A DNA stretch of 63,170 bases, the filler included, from Octopus bimaculoides (taxonomy: Eukaryota): NCBI RefSeq assembly GCF_001194135.2. It is 7 parts of 5 records of this genome, joined end to end, with 100 filler letters (N's around TTAATTAATTAA, not from the genome) between each part and the next. Parts side by side here need not be neighbours in the genome. Positions count along the whole stretch, not along the records: positions 36,256 to 49,709 come from NC_069005.1; positions 49,810 to 58,393 come from NC_068983.1; positions 58,494 to 63,170 come from NC_068985.1; 4 more parts are not named here. The stretch is one strand, 5' to 3'. Made by a program: the position numbers and the translations under genes. Each line of letters opens with the position of its first letter. The first letter of the stretch is position 1. This document shows positions 46,560 through 60,560 of this stretch, in pieces. Below the pieces are notes generated by a model. It did no database searches and was not told where the DNA came from. It saw only the letters and a list, made by a program, of their open reading frames with translations.

Positions 46560-47050
46560 ATTAAAAACCTCAATACTTATACTGTAATAATTTATTATAT
46601 ATTAGTATAATATATAATAATAAGTCTGTGTATACACAGTCAATTAGGGTACTCCGTGATTGATCAGAACCCCCAGCATAGACAGCTTATCAAGCTAATC
46701 TCTATCTCCCGTCCACAAAGTTATTCTATTCACACAAACTTTTTACATTTATCTATCCATAGGGCGTCGGTTAAAGATCAATAATTCTATTTTCAGGTGT
46801 GTTAACGCCTTGTTACATCATTAGCCTTTTGTACAAAAGGTATTTAGAGACTTTTCAGCCAATGTTTATATACAGACAAGCAAATAGGTATGAACAGCTT
46901 TCCGTTATAAAAAATAGAATTACATATTCTTGAATGGCAAAAACTGAGAGCGGCCATATTAGTTTTAATCCGGAGCTTGGATTTCAGCAGTCACGATGAA
47001 CCTTATTGAACTGTCCATGAAGATATTCTATACGTAGACAATGTGTCTTT
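46560..47050 (-). mobile_element. Possible PLE GIY-YIG C-terminal remnant
   Basis: TKG**CNKALTHLKIELLIF resembles the Neptune tail G..C.LC..E..EILI; heavily decayed. Confidence 0.35.
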
Positions 47051-47207
47051 AGAGCTATTTCTGTATTTAGTATACATGCATGCATACATACATACATGCA
47101 TACATGCATACATACATACATACATACAGGCACATAATATATGTGTATATATGTTTGCATAGTCATATCCGCATATATAGATATAAATATACACGCGTAC
47201 ATGTAGA

Positions 47208-47280
<73 letters not shown>

Positions 47281-47391
47281 GTATATATATATATGTAGAT
47301 ATAAATGCATATTAAAACTATATTAAAACTGTACGATAATATATAAACACACTTTTAAAAATGATATCAAAATTCGAAATTAGAATATAAC

Positions 47392-47640
47392 ATGTTCTTT
47401 TCTACCCTAGGTACAGGGCCCGAAATTTTTGGTTGGAGGGACCAGTCGATTAGATCGACACCAGTACTCAGCTGGTACATAATTTATCGACTGCAAAAGG
47501 ATGAAAGGCAAAGTCGAACTCAGAACATAGAGAGACGAAATACCGCTAAGCATTTCGCCCGGCGTGCTAACGTTTCTGCCAGCTCGCGGGTTTGTATAAA
47601 CTATCTATTCTTTTCTACTCTAGGCACAAGGCCCGAAATT
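47392..47640 (-). mobile_element. Family A SINE plus the tail of a second copy
   Basis: TTCTTTTCTAC.CTAGG.ACA.GGCCCGAAATTTT at ~47395 and ~47607 with a family A body between. Confidence 0.85.
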
Positions 47641-47654
47641 TTGTATATATATCT

Positions 47655-48415
47655 ATGGATACTCCTCCAGGCTTAACAGTTGGAAGAAGGCAGTCTGGGT
47701 CAAATGCTTCTTTTGGCTGTCTCCATACGTATACTCGGCTGGTGGTTGGAAATAAGGTAAAGGCTGACTTGTCCGATAAAATAACATTCTTCCACTGCTC
47801 TAGGGACCAATTTTGTAGGCTTTTACTCCAATTTAAACGCTTTGCAACGTTTGTTTTTGAAAGTAGTGGTTTTCTGATTGCAGCCCTCCCGTCAAATTCG
47901 GCTTTGTGCAGCTCCCGGCGAACAATTTTTTTGGAAACTGGGTTCTCGAGGTGGTCATTAAGCTCTGTAGTAATTTGGGGAGCTGTACTTTTGTGATCCT
48001 TTCTAACGATATGCATAAGAGACCGACGGGCCCTATCTGAAATTTTTGATTTTCTTCCAGAGTTTTGTTTCGACGAGGAGGTTTTTCCCACTTCCTCAGA
48101 GGCTGTCATTACTTTCGAGACGGTAGTTCTCGATGCACCAAACATTTCTGATGTTTTCGTTACGCTAGCGCCTGCCATAGGAGCACCAACAATTCGACCT
48201 CTTTGAAAGTCCGATAGATCTGTAATTTTAATGAATTTTAATTACCTTTTTCTGATGATATCTGAAAAGAAACAGCAATTTTAGCAAAACATATCAAGCT
48301 ACTCTAATAATAAATCAAAAAACATAAAAATAAACAAGCTTTTGACGGTTTTATAGATATTTCAATGTTATGATGCTATGATGCTATGTGTTTCCATTAT
48401 TTTGTCCAACCCGTG
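47655..48415 (-). mobile_element. Tc1-family transposon, 5' TIR plus N-terminal half of transposase, 3'-truncated
   Basis: TA|CACGGGTTGGACAAAATAATGGAAACAC at 48415. DLSDFQRGRIVGA then ORF 47615..48178 (GASVTKT, GRKSK, RKPLLS, W.NVILSDKSAF, VWRQP, TVKPGG); the second D and the E of the DDE triad are absent. Confidence 0.93.
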
Positions 48416-48732
48416 TATATATATCTGAACACATAATACTTCTCAAACAACATATTGGATTCTTCGTTCATAGTAATCCTGGTATTGCTTAAAAAAATAT
48501 AAAATATATGGAAATGAACTAGAACAAGAAAAAATAAAACGGAACACGTTTCAAAATATAGAGAAAAGAAAAATGTCTTTCTTTTTATCCGTCTTCGTTC
48601 ATAGTTAAAAACGACGCCATTTTACAAATTGCTTTACAATGGTTATTTGAAAGGAAACAGGTAAATCAATAACAAAAACACGAACAATATACATACGCGT
48701 ATGTGCGTGTGAGCGTGTGTGTGTGTGTGTGT

Positions 48733-48771
<39 letters not shown>

Positions 48772-49329
48772 NNNNNNNNNNNNNNNNNNNNNNNNNNNNN
48801 NNNNNNNNNNNNNNNNNNNNNNNNNNNNNNNNNNNNNNNNNNNNNNNNNNNNNNNNNNNNNNNNNNNNNNNNNNNNNNNNNNNNNNNNNNNNNNNNNNNN
48901 NNNNNNNNNNNNNNNNNNNNNNNNNNNNNNNNNNNNNNNNNNNNNNNNNNNNNNNNNNNNNNNNNNNNNNNNNNNNNNNNNNNNNNNNNNNNNNNNNNNN
49001 NNNNNNNNNNNNNNNNNNNNNNNNNNNNNNNNNNNNNNNNNNNNNNNNNNNNNNNNNNNNNNNNNNNNNNNNNNNNNNNNNNNNNNNNNNNNNNNNNNNN
49101 NNNNNNNNNNNNNNNNNNNNNNNNNNNNNNNNNNNNNNNNNNNNNNNNNNNNNNNNNNNNNNNNNNNNNNNNNNNNNNNNTATACACACAATATATACAT
49201 ATATAGACACGCTCAGACGCGCACAAATACATACACACACATACATACATATATGCGTAGATATATCTATACCTACATACACGTATGTAACAGCAGAATT
49301 TTTTTAGTAACGTAGAATTCTTCATTCTG

Positions 49330-49549
49330 TTGCTATTGTTCCTGTTGTTGATGGTGGTTGTGGTGGTGGGGTGGTGATGATGATGTTTTCAATATTACTA
49401 TTGTTCTTGTCGTTGGTGTTGGGGATGGTGATGGTGGTGGTGATGGTGATGGTGATGGTGATGGTGATGGTGATGGTGGTGGTGATGGTGGTGGTGATAA
49501 TTCATGCCTTTGTTGTTGTTCTTGGTGTTGGTCATGCCTTATGCCTCAC

Positions 49550-49610
<61 letters not shown>

Positions 49611-49617
49611 TTATTAC

Positions 49618-49656
<39 letters not shown>

Positions 49657-49657
49657 C

Positions 49658-49706
<49 letters not shown>

Positions 49707-49710
49707 CATN
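49330..49710. repeat. (GGT/GAT)n and long (TAT)n tracts
   Basis: Direct reading. Confidence 0.95.
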
Positions 49711-49809
49711 NNNNNNNNNNNNNNNNNNNNNNNNNNNNNNNNNNNNNNNNNNNTTAATTAATTAANNNNNNNNNNNNNNNNNNNNNNNNNNNNNNNNNNN
49801 NNNNNNNNN

Positions 49810-49985
49810 AGTCTCACTGATGGGTTATCTTTGAAATTCTTTTTATGATCTTTTAAATTAATCCTGGGTTCAGTTGGAACCAGTGGTTCAGTCCTATCTG
49901 TTAGGTCGTAGTCCTGCATAATTTCCTTGATTTTTAAGTTGATCTCAGATAGATTTCTTTTAGAGGTTATTTTGTATTTGGAGTT
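49810..49985 (-). mobile_element. Neptune-type PLE pre-RT fragment
   Basis: EINLKIKEIMQDYDLTDRTE..PRINLKDHKKNFKDNPSVR matches the Neptune I.LKDHK.NF..NP..RL motif. Confidence 0.85.
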
Positions 49986-50089
49986 ATATACATATATACA
50001 CATATATATGTGCACATAAGCATACACACGTATACATGCCCACAGATATACACCCTTACACAGGGATATACATATACCCAAACATACGT

Positions 50090-50122
<33 letters not shown>

Positions 50123-51112
50123 CGCATGCACATACGCACACACGTACACATATACATCCATCACGTACGGACACCCACATCTACTAACTTCTATAAAAAT
50201 CGCATATACACATCTACGTAGACGGCCGTTCATATAAATAAATAAAGTACCATGGGACACACTAGTGCCGGATATGAAGAGGTGAAAATAAAGGGTATAG
50301 AAAACACAAATCCTTAAGTTCAGGGTCACGGAGCAGCAGAAATAAAAATTTAATATAAATTATTTTTGCTGCTGTAGATATATATAACTTGAGCTGTACA
50401 TGCATCCTAGGTACGATGGGGTAGTGGTTTCATATATAGTGGACTCTAATCGGTAATAAAAACAACCAATCAGAGAAATATATGTGGACATAAAAAAGAG
50501 AAAATAAAATGAAAATTTATTTTAAACAATTTCTAGAATCAAGTGAGAAATGAAAAATGATAAACATACAGGTAAAAATTCATGTTATATCTGCAGTAAA
50601 ACTCCGCGACAGGAGGAGGGTGTATAAGACGTAGATTATATCGCAGTGGGGAGTATGATATATATACGTATATCAATTCCGTTACAGAAACTAAAAATAA
50701 AAGTAGAGATAAAAATTCAAACGGCTAGATAATGAAATAAACATGGGAAGAAAACAATAAACGCATGTAGCGTCAGGTGAAATGCGAAAAGCTATAAATT
50801 ATAACATCAACAACTTACAGAAGATAATTATTTCAAGGGGCTGAAAGTTGGAAAAGAATGGCAGGAAGGTAACTACCAATAGGAACAAGAGAAATAGGAA
50901 AAGTGTTGGGATATAATATATACAAGAATTTAATAGATAAATTATAAATCCTAAACGTTAGAGAATTGAGCGGGATGGTTAGAAGGGAGACAAATTTTCT
51001 TATGGGCTCCTGTGTGGATGTCCGTGTGATGGTGCAGTGTTGCTTCGCAGGGACGCTACATAAACTATAGAATGGGTTGTTTGGGTGGGGACATAATTAT
51101 CTACGGGGTGGG

Positions 51113-51180
51113 GACACTGTGTCCGCATAAACTATCTGAGCTTTGCGATGGTCTTGTGATGTTTATGCGGACACAGTGTC
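51113..51180. repeat. Perfect 20-bp inverted repeat with 28-nt spacer
   Basis: GACACTGTGTCCGCATAAAC (51113-51132) / GTTTATGCGGACACAGTGTC (51161-51180). Confidence 0.97.
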
Positions 51181-51221
51181 AACACTTCATTTCTTTTGTT
51201 AATAATGTTACCCCGATTTTG

Positions 51222-51786
<565 letters not shown>

Positions 51787-52669
51787 GTGTGTATGTGTGT
51801 GTATGTATGTATGCATGCATACATGTATGTATGTATGTATATATGTATATATGTATATAAAACCACCAATTCATACTGCTCAGGCCGCAGGGCACTGCTG
51901 ATCGGGTTAGCAATTTTCTAACACTTCTCCCATCTATAGCCATATAGCCGTAATTTTCTTCTCTCTGATTTTTCGTTTCTAAGAACTACGTTTGTTGTGG
52001 AAGATATGTGTCTTAGCAACTTTATGTATATATATATATATTGTCTCATGTAGAAGCGACGTGAAAATTACGATCGATTATCAGATATTCGTATCACAAA
52101 CTTGATTTCAGGCTACCATAACGCAATTGAATGTACAGTTTAGCTGTGCATAATGATAACGAGAACTGACAGAAGCAACACGAAAGCATGTATGAGATTT
52201 CTGTAATGTAATAGAGGGATTGTTACAAAATGAACTACTTTGTAGAAAATAAAACGATAGATCATGTTTGGCTTTTACCCAAGAAGTCCTTTCGTTTCTA
52301 CGACAACGAATAAAAACTTTAATACACATAACGGCCTCCAGAACACTTCAGGAAGTACGGTGAACTCTTTCCGTTTCTGATGTGTTTCTAATGTGCCAAG
52401 AATATATCAGGAGTTGTCATCACTACATAAAAAATATCTATGTTGAGAATATATGACGAATATTTAGAATATGTAGTTTCTTTTTGACAAATGTTTATAG
52501 TTGAAATTCTAATGATATTTATATAAAATGTTAAATATTAATATATCTTATTTGTTTAATTAATTATGTATTTAGAAATGCATGCATGTGCACAAATTTA
52601 ATACATATATATGCATGCGTGTATATATGTATGTATTATGCATGTATGTTGGTATGTATATATAATTCG

Positions 52670-53140
52670 GATGGAACGATGGAATCAAGCGCTTCGGTGT
52701 AGGTTACAAACTTAGCCGCATTTATATTTCGAATCGACTATAAAATGATTTTCTGGATATTGAGAGTAGTCTGTATAGAGACGACGCATACTTCATTTTC
52801 TGGAAAAGTGGCAATATAGATATTGAGACGAATGAGGTTTTAAAAAACATGCTTTATCCATATGCAGTGACAACGAACATAAAGTGGTCAATTTCGGCGA
52901 TGTGACGCTCCAATATAGTACTGTTTTTTTTTTATGGACAATGTCATAATACTAGTTTCGTATATGGACACGAACTTCAACTATTGAAAAATAAAAAAAA
53001 ACCCTTATCATCCGAAGTCTGTCATAAATTCTATAATTAATAGTGTTTCCTTCATAATTTCCATCCTGTTGAGTAATGCAAAAATACTTTTATCAAAATG
53101 CAGACTACTATAACAGTGTCCCTGGGAAAACAGAATGTAA
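52670..53140 (+). mobile_element. Neptune-type PLE RT palm/thumb fragment (old)
   Basis: SLYRDDAYF, KVVNFGDVTL, YHPKSVINSI and QNADYYNSV across frameshifts. Confidence 0.8.
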
Positions 53141-53147
53141 TGTTATT

Positions 53148-53625
53148 TAGATTTAAATAAGAATATTTTCAAACCCTATAGAAAGCCCAATAATAGACTT
53201 AGCTATGTTAATGTAGGTTTCTGCCATCCCCGCATAGTATTTAAGAATTTAGTTAAAAACATTAGCAAGAGAATTTCTAGCCTCTCCTCCAATATAAACA
53301 TTTTTAATAGTGTTGCCACAATATATAATAAAGCTCTAAAAGATAGTGGTTTTAGCGAGGAAATAACCTATACACCTGCTATTAGCCCAGTAACAAAGAA
53401 AAGAAAAAAATAAGAATAGGAATATTATCTGGTCACACCGCCTTACTCCACCGAAGCGACCTTTTATATAGGTAGATATTTCTTATCACATGTAGATAGG
53501 CATTTTCCAATCAATCATAATTTTAGAAGCTTTTTAATAGGCACAACTTAAGCATTAGTTTTAGTTCTACTACTAACTTTAAAAATATAATTACACACAA
53601 TACACAAATCAACAAAATGTAGCCG
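53148..53625 (+). mobile_element. Neptune-type PLE thumb/linker fragment (better preserved)
   Basis: FKPYRKPNNRLSYVN..CHP..KNISKRISSLSSN..YNKALKDSGF, RNIIW.TPPYS..IGRYFL..VDRHFP..LFNRHNLSISFS. Confidence 0.92.
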
Positions 53626-56600
53626 GCTGATGTAGTCTTAGGATATCCACCAGTTTTGAAGTGTTGATATGTTAGGGAAAATTGGAAAATCAGGTGTTTT
53701 AATGTGATAATAAAGGTACAAGATTTATATCTCAAATTATTCACGAAATGCCTATTTAAACTATGTTATGCCCCCTAGTCTGCTTAAATACAGGGCTAAA
53801 TTTCAAAATAATTTTTTAAAAATACGTGGCATTATAGTTTTGAATAGCAGTTTAGTTAGCCGTGACGAGCAATGTTTAATACGGTGTGTTGAAAGACATG
53901 TTACAGCCGTCTCCGTCAATCTGCATAAATATGCAATAAATCAGCTTATTACTTGTATAGTAATGATATACTAAAATTACAATAATCTATAAGAATTACA
54001 ATCTCTTCTCCCAAAACATCTCAAGCACTCTGGAACGAAGCTCGTGCACATATAGAGACAAAGACATGTTTTTCAATGTCTATACGTGTGTTTGAATAAA
54101 TGCGTATGCATGTGTGTGCATAAGTGTGCATGCGTGTGTGCGTAAGTGTGCGTGGGTGAGAGCGCGTGTGTAATCATGCGTGTGTGAATATCTTCTTTTA
54201 GGCGTACATGTTTACATATGTACAAGTGAGCATATATACATATAAGCACAAGCAATATATATATACCCATACATACGTATATACCGTACAAAAATAATTA
54301 AGTATATACGTACACACACTTACAGAAAGGCATATAGAGAAAGTTTTGCAGAATTTGCTTAACCTCGTTTGGCTCAATGGCTGTTGAATATTGCGTGTTT
54401 TGTCTTTTTTCCTTTAGCAGTGCATAGGGAACGAAGTTGATTTTGTTGGCAAGAATCTAATGATTGCTATTTTACATAATAATCACTCTTCAGGTGTCTA
54501 TATATGCAAATGACTTTCTAAACACTGAAGTATAAACAGCATATATATGCGGAATAAAAATGTTTATTTCCACCCTTTTTGAAAACGGTAAGAAGGGAAA
54601 TATAAATGGAGAAAACAAAAATTGAAACATTACTAACATGATATTTTGTTAAAGGATTATACTCTAGGGACATAACTTTGCTTTCATGAAATAAAGAGGA
54701 ACATAATATTGTATTAAAATTCAACGAACAGAAAATTCTCCTGGGAAGTTCGAACGTGTCAGGTTTATTACAGACATGTATATGAATATAAAAATTCATA
54801 TAAAGGAAACCTTAGTAAGAGAATGTGTTACAAATTGAACATAAATCGAAAGAGACATTGTGTCAAATGTAGTGACGACTTCATGAATATATGCAGAATG
54901 AAGTTTCTATTACCTGGAGCGCAGCATTGAAACCTTCCACAATGTAGAATTACTAAATGAAGGTAAAATTACTCTAAAGAGTCGTACTTAATGCTTGAAT
55001 TCCCTTCAGATAAGGAGTTGAAAGGAGGGTTTATTTTATCGATTGCATTATAATTTGCAAAGATGATAGAGCCGCCTTGGTGATAATCAAATATAATCAG
55101 TAAAATATTTCATTAAAGCAATTAACGTAATTTCCATAGTGATACCTACTTTCGGATTGATTTATATATCATTCCATGAAAATTTAATTAAATATCTTAT
55201 TAAATTGTTTCGCTATTATAATGTGTACGCTTTTGTGTGTGACGCAAGCGACATTAGATATACTAATATAAGCGGAAACCATATATGTACACATTTACAC
55301 ACAAAAGCATTTATTAGTACTCATATATGTTGCTGTTTGTATGAAGACATACATCCGCACACACACTGGCACATATGCGTATGTATATATATATATATAT
55401 ANNNNNNNNNNNNNNNNNNNNNNNNNNNNNNNNNNNNNNNNNNNNNNNNNNNNNNNNNNNNNNNNNNNNNNNNNNNNNNNNNNNNNNNNNNNNNNNNNNN
55501 NNNNNNNNNNNNNNNNNNNNNNNNNNNNNNNNNNNNNNNNNNNNNNNNNNNNNNNNNNNNNNNNNNNNNNNNNNNNNNNNNNNNNNNNNNNNNNNNNNNN
55601 NNNNNNNNNNNNNNNNNNNNNNNNNNNNNNNNNNNNNNNNNNNNNNNNNNNNNNNNNNNNNNNNNNNNNNNNNNNNNNNNNNNNNNNNNNNNNNNNNNNN
55701 NNNNNNNNNNNNNNNNNNNNNNNNNNNNNNNNNNNNNNNNNNNNNNNNNNNNNNNNNNNNNNNNNNNNNNNNNNNNNNNNNNNNNNNNNNNNNNNNNNNN
55801 NNNNNNNNNNNNNNNNNNNNNNNNNNNNNNNNNNNNNNNNNNNNNNNNNNNNNNNNNNNNNNNNNNNNNNNNNNNNNNNNNNNNNNNNNNNNNNNNNNNN
55901 NNNNNNNNNNNNNNNNNNNNNNNNNNNNNNNNNNNNNNNNNNNNNNNNNNNNNNNNNNNNNNNNNNNNNNNNNNNNNNNNNNNNNNNNNNNNNNNNNNNN
56001 NNNNNNNNNNNNNNNNNNNNNNNNNNNNNNNNNNNNNNNNNNNTCTATGTGTGTTTCTATGTGCATGTAAGTTTGTGTCGCTATGCATATGTGTCTATAC
56101 ACCAAAGCATATAGAAGGATGTATGAAGTATAATTTCCTGATTTTTTAAAAGTTCAATTATTAATCACAAAGTATGCAATGGATTATTGATCATTGCCAG
56201 CAAGAGGACTTCACGCTCTATTTTTTTAAATCCTATACTGTTCCCTCTTTGCATCACTTAAGCAGCTTTGTATCACGCAGCTTCGTATCACTTACGAAGC
56301 TTTGTATCAATTACGAATGTACTCAGCAGCGGCTTTTTTGGTTTCGTGGAATATAATTAATTGCCTTTCCTTACCTGGAAAACTTTTTACTTACTGAAAT
56401 GCATAATATATTCAATCAGCCGTTCCTTTCTCTACCTATGAAACAATGTTTCTAATTTGGCACAAAAGTCATGAATATGAGTGTTGGCTTAGCTTGAGAA
56501 AGGTTTTAAATGGAAGTTCTCAGAAACATATCACCTGGCTTTGAGTGACGATCTCAACTCATCCGCCCATTCAAGAATGTTGTAAAATAATCGACTTTCA

Positions 56601-58494
56601 TTTCTTTCTAAAATATTCGCTGCGAGACATTCATAGTTGTTATAGAATTGAACAAACCCATGTGCAATAGACTCCAAATTTCATATAGATTTGAAATGCA
56701 ATCCTGCAGCAAGTTAGCTTTTACTGTATACGAGATATAAATTAGCAAAAGTTTCTTTTTTCTTAATGCATGCAATAATATATCAAGTGATAAATACACT
56801 TGCAGCTATTGTTGCTATTTATATTAATGAAATAATGCTAGAAATGTCATGTCCATAACATTCTGCCTGTACATAAATCCACACTGAGTGGCACGATTGC
56901 CATCGTGCTTGAACAAACATCTCCTGGCAGAAGGTCTTAGGCATAGTGCTTCATATAGGTTGATAAGCTTAATAAACGATATTGTATTTTATTTTAGTTT
57001 CGTAGATAGTGAAACAGGAAGCAGTGCCTATAAGCCTTTTCAGTACTGCGATACTGGTGGAAGGAGACTAGAATCATGAAATAAGATCACAGTAAAACTA
57101 ATATTCCGTCAAATTGTGGTGTTAAACCGGATCATGAATTATTCCTTCCTTCAATGAACATCCAGGACTATATTTCTGATAGATTATAAAACATCTCCCT
57201 TCAGTAAAAGGTTAACAGTTATTAATGGAAGGTCATAATGTACATCTTTTAGCATGTCGAATTCTTTTAAAAAACATTACACGTGTTCATTACGATGTGA
57301 CAAGAAGCAGATTGTCTGCTATGTTTTCATAAAAGCTGGAAATCAATCTAGCTTCAACCACATTTAAGAGATTCATAAGAGCAATCATTTGACAGTTGAG
57401 AACGTTCAACATTGGCGAAAGTAATTCTTTAATGGTGCATTTCATTATGGACCCATGAATGATCAAGGGCGAAATTCTATGGGTGAGACTTGCACTCAGT
57501 ACTTAAAAGGCTGTAACAAGTTTTAGAAGGCATTTTGTTTGGCAGAATGACATTTCTGCCAATTCATTGCTTCATTTGATTATGCAAAAGACTTATGGAC
57601 GTATTCCATACTTTGAATAGTTCCATTCCCTTCACATACTCCTCTTATATTGGCTAAGTTATTCCATTCGTCACGTAGGAGAGGTGTACCATTATTACTA
57701 ATTTCCTCCAACAGTTAGTGGCTGCTATTGTTTTAGAAAGCCCATTTCAAATTTGGTGCTTGAATTGTCTCTCAATTACTTTTCAGGGAATGTGATAGAC
57801 ACTTCAGGTGCCTAACTTGTCAAAGATTTTATAAATAATATTTAAGATTCGCTCCAGCATATAGACTAATTTATGTGGAATATTTCCCTTAAATACTGCG
57901 GTGATTAATTAATTTGTATTTCAATTGTTGTGTATTAATGATAAATGTTTCATTGTGGAAGTCTGATATGAAATAGTTAAATATAAAATTTATGAAAAAT
58001 GTAATTATAAATACAACAGTGAAAGTGTAAATAAAACATGCAATGAACTTTTATAATTGGGCAACGGCTCGTTAGATTATAAACTTAAACGAGATTATCA
58101 GACAGTATAAGTAGTATTAGACAATCAATGCATTTTTTAAGAAACGTTAACGATACGTATTCTAATTGACTTCTAATCGATCGGAGCATATTTAGAAAAA
58201 AAATCTTCGATAGTGAGTAATTCATTAAAAACTTGTTTATGAAATCATGAATAGTTCAATAATCAAATTTGCAAACTGTCTTCATAATATTTTAAATTGA
58301 ATAGATGACGAAGTTTACTTTTTAATTTCATTCAGTTAATGTTTAATTATATATATATATTTGTGTGTGTGTGCGTGTGTGTGTGTGTGTGTGNNNNNNN
58401 NNNNNNNNNNNNNNNNNNNNNNNNNNNNNNNNNNNNNTTAATTAATTAANNNNNNNNNNNNNNNNNNNNNNNNNNNNNNNNNNNNNNNNNNNNG

Positions 58495-58720
58495 GCACAT
58501 AAAAGACACCATTTCGAGCGTGGCCGTTTTCGTGCGGGTGACACGTAAAAGCACCCACTACACTCTCTGAGTGGTTGGCGTTAGGAAGGGCATCCAGCTG
58601 TAGAAACTCTGCCAAATCAGACTGGAGCCTGGTGTTGCCATCCGGTTTCACCAGTCCTCAGTCAAATCGTCCAACCCATGCTAGCATGGAAAGCGGACGT
58701 TAAACGATGATGATGATGAT
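58495..58720 (+). mobile_element. Young RTE-tailed SINE/LINE 3' fragment
   Basis: GGCACATAAAAG..GGTTGGCGTTAGGAAGGGCATCCAGCTGTAGAAAC..CATGGAAAGCGGACGTTAAACGATGATGATGATGAT, with CpGs retained. Confidence 0.9.
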
Positions 58721-58739
58721 ATATATATATATCTACATA

Positions 58740-58886
58740 CACACACAACAGATTTTCTCACAGTTTCCACCTAACAAATCCACTCACAAGACACTGGTCA
58801 ACTCAACCTGGAGCTCTAGGAGGTGCTGCACCTGAAACCACATAGTTGCAAAGTGAACTTCTTAAAGCACACAGCCATGCCTGTGT
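58740..58886 (-). mobile_element. CORE-like SINE head, CpG-decayed
   Basis: CAAATCCACTCACAAG..GAAACCACATAGTTGC..CACACAGCCATGCCTG. Confidence 0.7.
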
Positions 58887-59194
58887 CTCTATATCATTCA
58901 TTTGTCAAATGAACGAACTGTGTAACCTGATGACTGATACACTTCCATTTTTCCCTCTGACACTGTGAAACTGCATCAGTGACCAAGCTGCAGATGTGTG
59001 ACAAATATTTTGACATCACAAGAAGTTAGTTAACAAAAAATAATTTAACAGTTTTTCTGTGCATTTTTTAAAATGACTTAAAATTAACTTTTTATGATGT
59101 AATTGATTCATTTTCAACCCAAAGTCTAAGATCAAGACAACTGCTTGCACAAGTACAACTCCAATCATAAAATGATTATTCAGTCAGTACTTAC

Positions 59195-59263
59195 CAGTTC
59201 TTGCGTAGAGACAGATGGTTCCAAGTACTCTGTGTTCTTCTCTTCTTCCACAGCAAAATAAAT
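59195..59263 (-). CDS. HPS5: HPS5-like gene, 69-nt exon (IYFAVEEEKNTEYLEPSVSTQEL)
   Basis: Strong acceptor TTTTTTATCCCTCTCCTCCACAG, donor GTAAGT, phase 0-0 and open; compatible with the preceding exon. No vertebrate homology recognised for this part. Confidence 0.7.
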
Positions 59264-59505
59264 CTGTGGAGGAGAGGGATAAAAAATGTCAGAGAAGAAA
59301 GAAATAATATCACAAGGATTTCTGAAAGAACATTGGCAAAACTATTACTTGAAAATGTGATACATATAAGGATTATATTGTTTATATGTGTAGACCTCGA
59401 CAATAGATAAGGTGTATATGTACATGTATGTGTGTTTGTGTGGGAGCGCATGTGTGCAGATAAGAAAAATGAGTCAGTATACCTGTATATACAAATGAGT
59501 AGAGT

Positions 59506-59565
<60 letters not shown>

Positions 59566-59654
59566 NNNNNNNNNNNNNNNNNNNNNNNNNNNNNNNNNNN
59601 NNNNNNNNNNNNNNNNNNNNNNNNNNNNNNNNNNNNNNNNNAAATGAGTAGAGT

Positions 59655-59706
<52 letters not shown>

Positions 59707-60093
59707 GTGTGTGTGTAAGTGCTTGTTTCTGTGAGTGCATATATGAGTGTATCGGTGGGGGAAGGGTTATTCAACTTTGAATGTGTTTCATTAAGTCAGT
59801 GAAATTTGCAAATTTACAGCCAACCATTCAACCTGATAAGTAAAACATGCTTCTCCACGAGACCTACTAAAAATAATAACCAGTGTCCCTCAAATTACAA
59901 TCAACTACCTTCAAAAAGAGATCACTTAGGCTATTGTAGTTTTGGGATACAATATATCTGAAAAGTAAAAGAAGGTGGTGACGTCAAGGTTGGAAGGCTC
60001 TTGGTCATGATCATAGGCCTGCTGAATCAGGGAATGATGTAGAATTACAAAACCAATAATGTAGATTTGTGAGAAAGAAAATTGTCTACTTAC

Positions 60094-60169
60094 TGCTGGA
60101 GCCATAGAAGCTGGTTTCTTTGACCAAAAATATTCATCAATTTTCTCCAACATGTTGTGAATTATAAAT
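60094..60169 (-). CDS. HPS5: HPS5-like gene, 76-nt exon ((R)FIIHNMLEKIDEYFWSKKPASMAPA)
   Basis: Acceptor TTCTTTGCCAG, donor GTAAGT; the first base completes AG|A = Arg from the previous exon. Matches the human HPS5 C-terminus as I recall it (RALIQSMLEKCDRFLWSQ). Confidence 0.88.
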
Positions 60170-60244
60170 CTGGCAAAGAACAGATATAATGAATTCAAAA
60201 ATTAAATATATATTTTTATATATTTCTAGACACACACACACATA

Positions 60245-60449
60245 CTTGTTTCAGTCATTAGATTGCAGCCATACTGGGGTACTGCCTTGATGAATGGATT
60301 CCAGAATTTTAATTTTTTAAGTGTGGTATTTATTCTAATGGTCACTTTTGTCAAACCAGTAAGTTACAAGGACATATACACACCAGCAACAGTTTTCAAG
60401 TGGTGGTGGTGGGGAACAAACAGGCATAAAGACATACGTACTTTCATGT

Positions 60450-60498
<49 letters not shown>

Positions 60499-60560
60499 AA
60501 CACGATGGGCTTCTTTCAGTTTCTGTCTACCAAATCCACTTACAAGGCTTCAGTCAGCCT
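60245..60560 (-). mobile_element. CORE-like bipartite SINE in HPS5 intron
   Basis: TTGTTTCAGTCATTAGATTGCAGCCATACTGG tail, (CA)n linker, GGGCTTCTTTCAGTTTCTGTCTACCAAATCCACT. Confidence 0.8.

Noticed and set aside
47615-48178. 187-aa ORF as an active or domesticated transposase gene
   Set aside because: It lacks the second D and the E of the DDE triad, its natural start is disrupted, and it is truncated at a SINE.
51113-51132. CGH-encoding TGCGGACAC as the missing HPS5 Cys/His exon
   Set aside because: The frame stops within a few codons, there are no further His/Cys ligands or splice sites, and it is part of the inverted repeat.
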